Shown: piece after piece, positions 39,690 through 50,170 of the stretch | Layout: each line of letters opens with the position of its first letter | Numbering within the stretch: position 1 is the first letter of the stretch | Source of the DNA: Octopus sinensis | Lineage: Eukaryota | Direction of reading: 5' to 3' | Assembly: GCF_006345805.1 (NCBI RefSeq) | Contig: NC_043011.1 | Coordinates: 21,588,464 to 21,652,463, forward strand | DNA length: 64,000 nucleotides | Notes under the pieces: generated by a model | What the model was told of the DNA's origin: nothing | The model's database searches: none | The model's input: only the letters and a program-made list of their open reading frames with translations | Translations under genes and position numbers: made by a program

Positions 39690-40015
39690 TTTGGTTATGA
39701 CTGGCTGTGGCATTGCACCTAGGAAGTTACCCTCCAGGCACAAGTCCGGGTAAGGTTGTTTATGGAAGACCAGCAGTCGCCCATGCATACCGGCCTCCCC
39801 TCTCCACGCCACCAGTGTTATCTAAGGGAAAGGCAAAGGCCGATATAGCTTGGCACTAGTGACATCGCAACTCATTTCTACAGCTGAGTGAACTGGAGCA
39901 AGTGAAATAAAGTGTCTTGCTCAAGAACACAACACGCAGCCTGGTCTGGAATCCAAACTCACAACCTCACAATCGTAAGCTCGACGCTCTAACCACTGAG
40001 CTATGCACCTTCACA
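39690..40015 (-). mobile_element. tRNA-derived CORE-like SINE
   Basis: Minus strand AGGTGCATAGCTCAGTGGTTAGAGCGTC A-box head followed by GTGTTCTTGAGCAAGACACTT domain. Confidence 0.7.
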
Positions 40016-40377
40016 ACCGTAACATTTAATTATTTACATTGTTTTGAAATAATCATGCCATCATGCCATAGCTTTGAGATTTCAATAATTGTTTATTTTT
40101 AGAATGACATTGTAGATAAGGTGTGCTAGACAAGATGTAGCCAGTACAAACAAAACTAGTATGGTTGGTTTAAATGCTAAAAGGCTGAAGATTATTACTC
40201 TAACAAAATACATCTCTGCTACAGAACTAACAACTCTGCCCAATACCCAGAGGTTCCCATTGCCTTACCAAGGTATGGAACTCTAATTTTTCATACATAA
40301 TACCTTGATATATTACTATTTATCTCAGTGATCGGTGAGAATAATGCAAAATGGATATATAACAGAATAAATCTTAC

Positions 40378-40478
40378 CTTTACTGGGATTCACAGTGCTT
40401 TTTATATTAACTTCAGGAAAATTTGCGAGGATCTTACTAGTGAGAGCCTCCATCCTGTTCTGTCCACCTCATGCCTGA
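40378..40478 (-). CDS. MIEN1: Rdx-family selenoprotein exon 2, contains in-frame TGA (Sec13) at 40471-40469
   Basis: Acceptor ttttacag|T CAG GCA TGA GGT GGA ... AGT AAA G|gtaaga. Reads (C)QA-U-GGQNRMEALTSKILANFPEVNIKSTVNPSK(G) and completes the CxxU motif; phases 2 and 1 match both neighbours. Confidence 0.9.
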
Positions 40479-40984
40479 CTGTAAAATAAAAGTATATACA
40501 TTTTTAGAATAAAGACAATGACAACAGGTTATGGAGATATATATAGCAAGAGTAAATTTTAAGAGATAAACTGATATGTCATATTAGTTCAAGTGAAAAA
40601 AGGAAATAATCACTTTTCCTAGTTGATGTATGTATGTGTGTGCCTATATCAACAATTTAACATCAATTTTTCCTTCTTTTCATGGGTCTAAAGGAAATCA
40701 TTGTTGAAGCAGATATTCTATAACCAGATGCTGCTCTTCCTGACATCAACTTTCAATGGTTTCAAAATAAAGTAATATTCACTCGATGCCGGATGTCTTG
40801 CACAACAGACTTGAAAACAAACATCACACACATGAGAGTAATGATCATTTGTAAAACAAAGAATTGTCAGGTCAAAACATGTGTGTGTGTATACATGTGG
40901 GTTTATATATAAATACATGTATAAATATAAATACATATATTCAGAAACATATACATATGTACATATGTATATATACATATAAAC

Positions 40985-41058
<74 letters not shown>

Positions 41059-41837
41059 TATACTAGCAGTATAGCCCGGCTTTGCTCAGGATTAAGTTAG
41101 GATTATTAAGCTAATCAAGCTCTTTATTTCAAAGCAAACTAAGTAACATCGACGTCAAATTCGAGTGAAATCCGTTGAAATTGGTAAACTTTTGGCTGCA
41201 ATTTTGCTGACAATTTGATTGGGAAATCCCATAAGGAATCGGTTTCTTGATTTTTTCCACTCATCGATTGTTTTTCCTTTTTTTCTTTTCATGTAACCCC
41301 ACAGCAAGGAAAATAGAACACCCGGAGTGGTTGGCATTAGGAAGGGCATCCAGCTGTAGAAACTATGCCAGATCAGATTGGAGTCTGGTTTGCCAGACCT
41401 CAGTCAAATCGTCCAACCCATGCCAGCATGGAAAGCGAATGTTAAATGATGATGATGATATATATATATATACATATATACATATACATACATAGATATA
41501 TAGATACCTATATATATATATATATTATATATATATATATATACACATACATATATATATAGATAGCTATATATATATACATATATATACATACATCATC
41601 ATCATCATTATCATCGTTTAACGTCCATTTTCCATGCTAGCATGGATTGACGGTTCAACTGGGGTCTGGGAAGCCAAAAGGCTGCGACAGGCCCAGTCTG
41701 ATCTGGCAGTGTTTCTACAGCTGGATGCCCTTCCTAACGCCAACCACTCTGAGAGTGTAGCGGGTGCTTTTTATGTGCCACTTGCACAGGTGCCAGACGA
41801 GGCTGGCTGCCAGACGAAGCTGGCTGCCAGACGAGGC

Positions 41838-41875
<38 letters not shown>

Positions 41876-41877
41876 TT

Positions 41878-42121
41878 AGAGAAAAACCTCTATTAAGCAA
41901 TTCAATAGTGAAAGACGTTATTCACACCATATAGAAAAAAATAAATATACTATAAAAACCTTATTCTAAAAATCAATAAAGTACATAAACAACAAATAGT
42001 TACTTATTGTTTATGTACTTTATTGATTTTTAGAATAAGGTTTTTATAATATATTTATTTTTTTCTATATGGTGTGAATAACGTCTTTCACTATTGAATT
42101 GCTTAATAGAGGTTTTTCTCT
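41878..42121. repeat. Near-perfect 244-bp palindrome
   Basis: ~115-bp arms (AGAGAAAAACCTC...AAACAA / TTGTTT...GAGGTTTTTCTCT) with one visible mismatch and a ~14-nt loop. Confidence 0.95.
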
Positions 42122-42219
42122 CAATTATATACATAAATTATATATTGTAAAATTTGATTTAGAATTGCTAAATTAAATTTTTCCTTGTAAGTTTGGAATT
42201 ATATTCCTTACTATTATTA

Positions 42220-42244
42220 TTATACATATACATACATATATAAT

Positions 42245-42278
<34 letters not shown>

Positions 42279-42593
42279 CACACAATATATATACATATAC
42301 ATATATACATATATATATACATATATACATATATATATATACCTATATATATACATATATGTATGTATTTATATATATATATATATATGTATGTATATAT
42401 ATATATACATATATACATATATATACATATATATATATACATATATGTATGTATATATATATGTATGTATGTATATATATACATATATACTATATATACA
42501 TATATATACATATATAATATATATACATATATGTATGTATATATATATACATATATAACATATATATACATATATGTATGTATATATATATAC

Positions 42594-42624
<31 letters not shown>

Positions 42625-42628
42625 AATA

Positions 42629-42690
<62 letters not shown>

Positions 42691-43030
42691 TATATAATAT
42701 ATACATATATATATATGTATACATGTATGTATATATCTATACATATAAATATATACATATACATATATACATATAGATATATACATATATATATAACATA
42801 TATATATATATATATACATATATATAAATATAAACATATATATATACATATATATAAATATACACATATATATACATATATATATACACATATATATACA
42901 TATATATAAATATACACATATATATACATATATATAAATATATACATATATATGTACATATATATATATACACATACATACATATATATATACATATGTA
43001 TATACATATATACATATGTATATACATATT
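42220..43030. repeat. ~800-bp compound (TA)n/(CATA)n microsatellite; representative of dozens in the window (e.g. 975-1390, 3160-3580, 14680-15060, 21820-22560)
   Basis: Direct reading; source of the YI/VC/HT-repeat ORFs in the ORF track. Confidence 0.97.
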
Positions 43031-43061
43031 CTTACATATATATCGAAATCGAATTGAACCA

Positions 43062-43390
43062 GCCAGGATCTGGTGGTACATAAAAAGCACTATCCGACTC
43101 GTGGCCGATGCCAGCGCCACCTCCACTGGCTTCCATGCCGGTGGCACATAAAATACACCAATCCAACCGTGGCCGTTGCCAGCCTCGCCTGGCACCTGTG
43201 CAGGTGGCACGTAAAAAACACCCACTACACTCACGGAATGGTTGGCGTTAGGAAGGGCATCCAGCTGTAGAAACATTGCCAGATAAGACTGGAGCCTGGT
43301 GCAGCCTTCTGGCTTCCCAGATCCCCGGTCGAACCGTCCAACCCATGCTAGCATGGAGAACGGACGTTAAACGAGGATGATGATGATGAT
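43062..43390 (+). mobile_element. RTE-related short element family C with (GAT)n tail
   Basis: Repeated GGTGGCACRTAAAAAGCACC modules, TTAGGAAGGGCATCCAGCTG and CCAACCCATGCTAGCATGG...GTTAAACGATGAT tail. Other copies at ~8660-8980, 10540-10800, 22111-22311, 56780-57030 (+) and 35091-35475, 38025-38340, 41595-41830 (-). Confidence 0.8.
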
Positions 43391-43446
43391 ATCCATAATA
43401 TATATAACATATAAATACATATATAACATATATACATATATACATG

Positions 43447-45240
43447 TCAAAATAAGCAACAAGGATATCCAGAAATAATGCAGTATGATCGTTTCATGCA
43501 ACTCCATAACTGACCCCATAAGACTAAAAATCAGTGGCAGGTAGAGTATTCTTGATAATCTTAGTAACTTCTCTGCTGAAGTAGAGACATGTTCTTTGTC
43601 TATCTCCTTAACTTCTAGGAGATTTTAGGTATATTTATACTAATATATCCATCTGTTCTAATTTAATTAATTTCTGTGTCTTTGTGCAGCTGAGGATTGT
43701 TTTACATTTTAAATTGATGTAATGCTAGCATTGTTCAATTAAATGGAGTTGCATGAAATGATCATACTGCGTTACCTCTGGATATCCTTGTTGCTTATTT
43801 GATTTTATTTGATAAAAGTTGGTAATGCGTGCATATTAAGATGTGTTCTGTATTTTTCAATGAAAAAAGTTTCTTTATTCAAACATTCTTGTGAAGAGAT
43901 TGTGTCTTTGCACTGGTAGAAGCGGAAGGCTGTGAAATTTGATTTGATGTTATCTGCACATTTTTGTATAAGTTCATTGAGAAGAATTTGCCTGTATTGT
44001 GGGTAACGGATTTGCTCTTTATGTAGAATGGTTCTCCTTCACAAGGTTATACTCGTCTGTCCAATATTGTTATGTCCACAACCCGAGCAGGTTATTACAA
44101 CTTCTGTTCTTTTTTGAAAAGGAAATTCGAGCCTTCAAGTACATTGGGGCAGGTTCCACAGTTTGGTTGTCCACATTTTTTAACCGTTGGTTTCGTGGTT
44201 GTTTTGTAAAGCTTCGCATTTGTTAGTAGTCTCTTTAGCGATTTGTGTTGCTCTTTGCATTTGATGAGTTTGTGTGTTTTCAGGATGTTGTTCATTTTTG
44301 GATCTGTAGTTAGTAAAGGAAGATTTTGCACAACAGTGTTGAATGCTTCACTGTTTCTGGGGTTGTGTGTTGATATAAATAGTGGTGTTTTGAGATGAGG
44401 TGTGGTGTTATGTTTTGTTGTTCTTAGTGTTTTTATGTCTAATTTTCTGGCACATTTAATTCCCGCGTCTATAAGTGAGGGTGGATATTGTCTTTCACTA
44501 AGCGTTGTTTTGAGGTCTTGAAGACGAAGGTCTCGAGTTGTTCTATCAGACACTATTGTGCAAATCCTTTTTGCCAAATTGAAAAGGATGTTTATTTTGA
44601 TGTGTTTTGGGTGGCATGAGCTAAAAAGGAGACATTGTTTTGAGTCAGTTGCTTTATAATAGATACCAGTTATGATTTGGTTGTTGACTTTTTTTATCAT
44701 GATGTCTAAAAATAGGAGCTGTTCTTTGTTATATTCCATTGTGAATTGAATGTTACTATTTATATCATTTAGTGTTGATTTTAAATCCTAAAGCTTGTTG
44801 ATGTTCTCCTTCCAAATAAAACAGTCATCCAGGTATCTTTTACAATTTTCTCTTATGTAAAGGTAAAATGGATAACCATATTTCTGAAATGATACTTTAT
44901 ATAAAGTGAATTCAAAGTAACCCATTATGAGGTTCGCAAGAACAGGGGCTGCTTTCATTCCCATCACAATGCCACATTCCTAACAATAGTATGTGTCATC
45001 AAATAGAAAATAATTGTTCTGAAGTATAAATTTTAAAGATTCAATAATAAAGATCTGATTTATGCGTTCCGGGAGTACTTCAGGGTACTTTTCCAACCAG
45101 AATTTAAGTGCTTTTATTCTATAGTCATGGGGGATGTTGGTATTAAGATTGATAACATCAAGGGTAACCAATATTGCCTCTTCATTAATTGTTTTTGGTA
45201 GGTGTTCTAGCATGTCTAAATCGTCTCTAATGAAACTTTT
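43447..45240 (-). mobile_element. Penelope-like retroelement (RT + GIY-YIG), decayed, inside selenoprotein intron 1
   Basis: Minus-strand RT motifs LVTLDVINLNTNIPHD, GTRAAPVLANLIMGY, RYLDDCFIW and FLDIMI...HPKHIKINILFNLAKRICTIVS; GIY-YIG ITCSGCGHNNIGQT; ~58-bp inverted terminal segment (43449-43506 vs 43744-43800). Confidence 0.9.
43686..43770 (+). ncRNA. Type I hammerhead-like motif in a Penelope terminus
   Basis: GCAG-CTGAGGA-[58 nt]-GAAA-TGATCA-TA-CTGC: canonical cores, palindromic stem III ATGATCAT, stem I GCAG/CTGC; stem II region long and not cleanly closed. Confidence 0.5.
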
Positions 45241-45280
45241 GATGTATATATACATATAAATATACATACATATATATATA

Positions 45281-45341
45281 CATATCTCGCCTTTACCTTC
45301 GAAATGCGGAGTAGACGAAACGGAGGCGGCTGAAGAAAGGG
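45281..45341 (+). ncRNA. Rearranged hammerhead-like motif at a Penelope junction
   Basis: TAT-C-TCGCCT, CCTTC-GAAA-TG, AGGCGG-CTGAAGA-AAGGG: same strand order as the 62312 motif with different, compensating stems. Confidence 0.55.
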
Positions 45342-45556
45342 AAATTTCCTTGTGTCTTGTACCCTGTTTTTTCATTGTTTAAAAAATGTCCGTTTCCATG
45401 GTTCTGTTTCTATGTTTTCGTTTCTCATTGTGTTCAACGTTTTTTCGGTGTCCTGAACCTATATATGCATGTATATATACATATAGATGTAGGTACGTAC
45501 ATATATGTATATATATATGCATATGTTTTATTTATTATTTTATTACATATAAATAT

Positions 45557-45588
<32 letters not shown>

Positions 45589-46534
45589 ATATATATATAT
45601 ATATACACATACATAAATATACATGTGTGTGTGTATATGTGTGTACATACATACACTTACGCATAGAAATTCATAAAGATAGCTAGCTAGATAGAACGGC
45701 AGACACGATAAATGTTGAAAATCTTTTTTTAAGAAAATGCAAGCATACATATATATAAACTTAGTGTAAGATAACCAACGAAATATATTTATAAATAGTC
45801 ATTTGCTTTCATGTACATTTCACAAAAGCTAGTAGCAGGTCATGCATGAAACCTTTATGAAATTCAGAACAAACTTCAAAGTTGTACTTGTTTGACAAGT
45901 ATTTAGTTGCTTAGAGACGGGCTATTTGACCTGCAGCATTTGCGACATGAAAGAACCATTTGGGTTTCAACAACTGTGTGAAAAACGAATATGACAAAAA
46001 AATTTGCGCAAACGAACCTGGGGGTGGGGAGAGAACTTTCGGAAAATTCACAAGATCTGATTTTTCCGTCATAACTTTCGGGAAAATGGGTAGATATTGA
46101 AGGGAGTTGTTTATTGCTATGTTCCATTGTGAATTGTATGTTGCTATTTCTCTTTTACTTGTTTTAGTCATTTGACTGTGGCCATGCTGGAGCACCACCT
46201 TTAGTCGAGCAAATCGACTCCCAGACTTATTCTTTGTAAGCCTAGTACTTATTCTATCGGCCCTTTTGCTGAACCACTATATCACGGGGACGTAAACACA
46301 ATAGCATCGGTTGTCAAGCAATGTTGTGGGGACAAACACAGACATACATGTATATATATGTATATATATATATATATATTACAAAATTATGAAGTTATAT
46401 CTTGAGTGACAATAACGCTCAAGATATACAACGGACTGGAAATAGAAGTGCTCCAATGAGCTGTATACACTTTTTTGTCCAAGGGGCGGCCTCCCCTTGG
46501 ACATAAAAGTGTATATATATATATATTATATATA

Positions 46535-46574
<40 letters not shown>

Positions 46575-48186
46575 GACATATATATATATACGTCGTATAT
46601 AATATACGACAGGCTTCTTTCAATTTCTGTCTACCAAATCCACTCACAAGGCTTTGGTCAGTCCAAGGCTATAGTAGAAGACACTTGCCCAAGGTGCTAC
46701 GCAGTGGGACTGAACCTGGAATCATGTGGTTGGTAAGCAAGCTACTTACCACACAGCCACTCCTGCACCTAGCTACATACCACACAGCCACTCCTGCACC
46801 TAGCTACTTACCACACAGCCACTCCTATATATATTTGTTGAAAAATTGAAATTTTACAAACAAATTTTTTTCAGAATCCTAATCTTCGTATTTTATTTAC
46901 GTATTTTGCAAAAAAAAAAAAAATTTCAGGAAAAAGTGAAAAATGAAGAGGGGGAGGGGCTGAAGTTCTGAAAATGCGATTTTTGAAAATTTGTTTTCAG
47001 AATCGGATCCTCCATAACCAAAACCGTGGGATTCCGTAAAAAAAAAAAAATCAACGTAAATCCATTTTCCCGAAAGTTATGACGAAAAAATCGGATCTTG
47101 TGAATTTTTCAAAAGTCCTGTCCCCACCCCCAGGTTCGTTTGCGCAATTTTTTTTTCTGTCATATTATTAACACCCAGCAGGTTAGGTTGTTTTTTGTTT
47201 TTTTTTGTTAATGGGTGAAGATCTTTATCTTAACCGAACTATTGTACCTATAGAAGACCACGCAGTGTGCTATTCTGTTCACTTTATATACACACACATT
47301 TTTTATTAATAGACTATTGTGTCAAAATTTTCACTGCAGTTCTACAACTGGGGTACTTGGGAACAGTTCTAGGATGTCAATAGGGTTAAGTAGACACGTC
47401 AACTGAATCTCTTTCTCTCTCTCTGTTAGTTCCCCACCATCGCTTGACAACTCGTTTTGGCGTGTTTACATCCTTGTATCTTAGCGGATCGGCAAAAGAA
47501 AACCCTACAGAATAGGTACCAGGCTTTAAAAAAAATATTAGGGTCGATTCATTCGACCAAAAATTTTCAAGGTGTAACCCAGCTTGGCCACTGTCAAGTG
47601 ACAGAAACGAGTAAGAGATAAAAAATTACATACAGCAAGTATAATATATGGTAAATATATGGTAAATGGTAAATATATGGTAAATGGTAAATCACACCCC
47701 AAGCGTTTAGAAACCTCTACGTTTTCGCTTGTTTGCTGGCAACAGTCAAATTTCCCTTAAACTACCATCTTAAAAAGGTAAAACGTCGCATTAGATAATG
47801 TAGTTCATGTTTGCGTTGTCTCTCAAAATGATGAGATGGTCATAGTTGGAACGCTTTTGATCATAGTCGTCTGCTTGATCGGTGTCGACTTGTAGCTTGA
47901 CAACTTTGTATTTCAGTTGCTTTCATAGTTAGAAAAGCCGCACCTAGGCTAGTCTATACCTTGGAACAGAAATCTAAGTTACATAAACAATATTTTTTTA
48001 TAGGCAAAATATAAACATACATATATAAATATAAAATGTAAATTCAAAATAAGTTAACGAACGACGATATTGAAATAAACCAATGCTCTGCACATCAGGG
48101 TTTTTGGGTTTTTTTTTTTTTTTGCTTGTTGGTTGGTTTGTTCCCCCACCGACCCACCTCACCCCCAAAAATATATAATTACTTAC

Positions 48187-48215
48187 CAGTACTCTATCAA
48201 CACTTCAACAACCAT
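48187..48215 (-). CDS. MIEN1: Rdx-family selenoprotein (SelW2/MIEN1-like) exon 1
   Basis: Minus strand aaagATGG (good Kozak context): ATG GTT GTT GAA GTG TTG ATA GAG TAC TG|gtaagt = MVVEVLIEY plus TG of Cys10; 29 coding nt, perfect donor. The symbol is a best-family assignment from remembered similarity. Confidence 0.88.
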
Positions 48216-48386
48216 CTTTGCGGCAGTTCAAGCGAACAACCTTCACTGCTTGTTTAAAAATTAACGTTGGATTAAAACTTCTACGTGATTCACTTCTCAA
48301 GTGCTCGAGTAAAGTGATTGCTTTATTGTTGGTGCAAATATAAAACAATGTTCTAATTCAACCAACTGCGCAAGTTTTCTTTTCTC

Positions 48387-48512
48387 TGACGCGTCATCCG
48401 AATACAAAAGGCATTAGCCAATGATACAGCTTCTACATAATCAATGGATTTACTAGAAAAAAAGTAGACTAAAAGATCTTTCAAACTACACCTAATTGCA
48501 TTGGGCGGAGCC
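48387..48512. promoter_or_regulatory. Candidate proximal promoter motifs of the selenoprotein gene
   Basis: Palindromic TGACGCGTCA (CRE-like, 48387-48396), CCAAT (48418-48422), inverted CCAAT (48500-48504) and GC box GGGCGGAGCC (48503-48512), 170-300 bp upstream of the ATG. Motif presence only. Confidence 0.35.
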
Positions 48513-48816
48513 GATAACAGCAATTGTTTTGTTGTCGTTGGTAACTCGCTTAAACGAGGTGTCAAATGATTCCCGTGCTCGGCTGTTCCAACGCCTTGGC
48601 TTCGCCATCGCCCGTCGTAATGCTGTGAGCGTGTTGGCTTGCTTCAATAGGTTCCGTTGGACCTTGTAGTGTGCGACCATTAGGAGCACTTAGTGTTGAA
48701 TTGATGTTTTTTTTCTTTTCTTTTCTTTTCTTTCTTCCTCTTTTTGTCTTTCTGCGCTAATGTTTGTGTTTTCTTCGGTTTTGAATTTGTATCCTAACTT
48801 TATTTTGTATTATATA

Positions 48817-49203
48817 CTAGCAGTATCGCCCGGCGTTGCTCGGGTTTGTAAGGGAAATAACTATATAAGCATTTTTAGAGAGTTATAGCCAAAAAATGCA
48901 TTAAAAATGGGAAAAAAATGATGGTAAATTTTTTTTTTAATCGTTGACTCATCGTAGACATTTTTAGAGAGTTACTTCCCTTATATAATAGCGAAAAAAT
49001 GCATTAAAATGGAAAAAAATGATGGTAAATTTATTTTTAAATCGTAGACTCATCGTAGACGCGCGCTAATACCCAGAAGGGCTCGATATGAATCACGACT
49101 ATAAGATACCAGGTTTTGGTTAAACTGCACCGCAAAATGTGGGAGTAGTTAGGAATCTAAATCGTAGGAGACAAACGCACAACTTCACTTTTATATATAA
49201 AGA
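48817..49203 (-). mobile_element. Non-autonomous Helitron (387 bp)
   Basis: Minus strand starts A|TC and ends CTAG|T, with a subterminal hairpin CCCGAGCAACGCCGGG just before CTAG. Internal ~90-bp tandem duplication. A similar 3' end occurs at 41063-41090. Confidence 0.8.
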
Positions 49204-50151
49204 TGTATCATATACATACGCGTCATAAATGTAATAAAATAAATTTCCCCAGTAAAAAAATAAATAACAATATTAAATTTTAAAGAAATAGTTTATATTA
49301 ATGGTGCTTTCATAGCGTACAGTCTAATGGGACATTTATAGCGTTTGATTTATAGGGACATTATCGTGTCTAGTCTGGCGAAATTTTACACTGTAGGTCG
49401 ACTAAAAAACATAACTGCCCAATAGAATTTATTAATAGTTATCATATTAACAAAATGTATTAAGTCGTTGAATAATAATAATAATAATAATAATAATTGA
49501 TTCTGGTTCATTGGCCACAAGGGCTAACATAAATCAAGACACATGTAAAGACAAACACAGGACGAAAAGTACAAAGGGTTTTGCGAAAAAGAAAGGTCTG
49601 TAGTGATCCTATAACGGCGCGCGCTCGCGCACCGTCCATTTGTATTTCGCGCGTGCGGAGGTGGTGCTTTCACCACCGGAAGAAGAACCCTTTTGCCTAC
49701 GTAGCAGTTAGCCGAGGCAAGGGGATCGTAAGACGTTGACCACCAGCGTCCAGCAAGCAGCGACTGAAGGCGACGGTCACGTATATATTCTCTCCGTCCG
49801 GACTTGATTCTAGCAGCACCTTACCAAAAGGCCTTTAACCAAATTGTTGCAGACCACATCTCCCTGTTCCGGACGCCATCTTTGACCAGTGTCGTTTTGC
49901 ATTTGAACACTTTCTTATTTTACAGCGATAAGGTTCAGCACTGACACATTTATATCAAAGGGATACCAGATAACCACTTATTGTTACTGTTACCACATTA
50001 GAGAATAAAGTAGTATATATATCTTTTACGTCTGCGTCTTGTTGTTTCTGACTGGTAGAATTCTGGATTATTAAAGCAACGGCTAGTAATTGCCTCTTGT
50101 ACCCCGAAAGTACAAGAGAAGATATATTCACACACAATAAGTTCGTTACAG

Positions 50152-50170
50152 TGGTGACCCCGACGTGATT
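50152..50170 (+). other. Primer-binding site complementary to the tRNA-Trp 3' end
   Basis: TGGTGACCCCGACGTGATT, 1 nt after the 5' LTR, is the reverse complement of ...AATCACGTCGGGGTCACCA (eukaryotic tRNA-Trp-CCA 3' end). Confidence 0.85.

Noticed and set aside
40420-40468. Sec-redefinition stem-loop just 3' of the UGA
   Set aside because: Only weak, interrupted pairing could be drawn by eye.
40469-40471. In-frame TGA read as a premature stop (pseudogene)
   Set aside because: It sits at the U of a CxxU motif, the frame and splice phases stay intact through three more exon segments, and a SECIS lies downstream.
41900-41930. Hammerhead half (GAAA-GACGT-TA) in the 244-bp palindrome
   Set aside because: Stem III pairing is poor and there is no CUGANGA partner.
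976-43007. Dozens of ORF-track ORFs rich in YI, VC, MYVC or HT repeats
   Set aside because: They are translations of (TA)n, (TG)n and (TATG)n microsatellites, which lack stops in some frames.
46741-46827. CRISPR-like array (also the 39-bp array at 12-150)
   Set aside because: Repeats are contiguous with no unique spacers, eukaryotic context, no cas genes.
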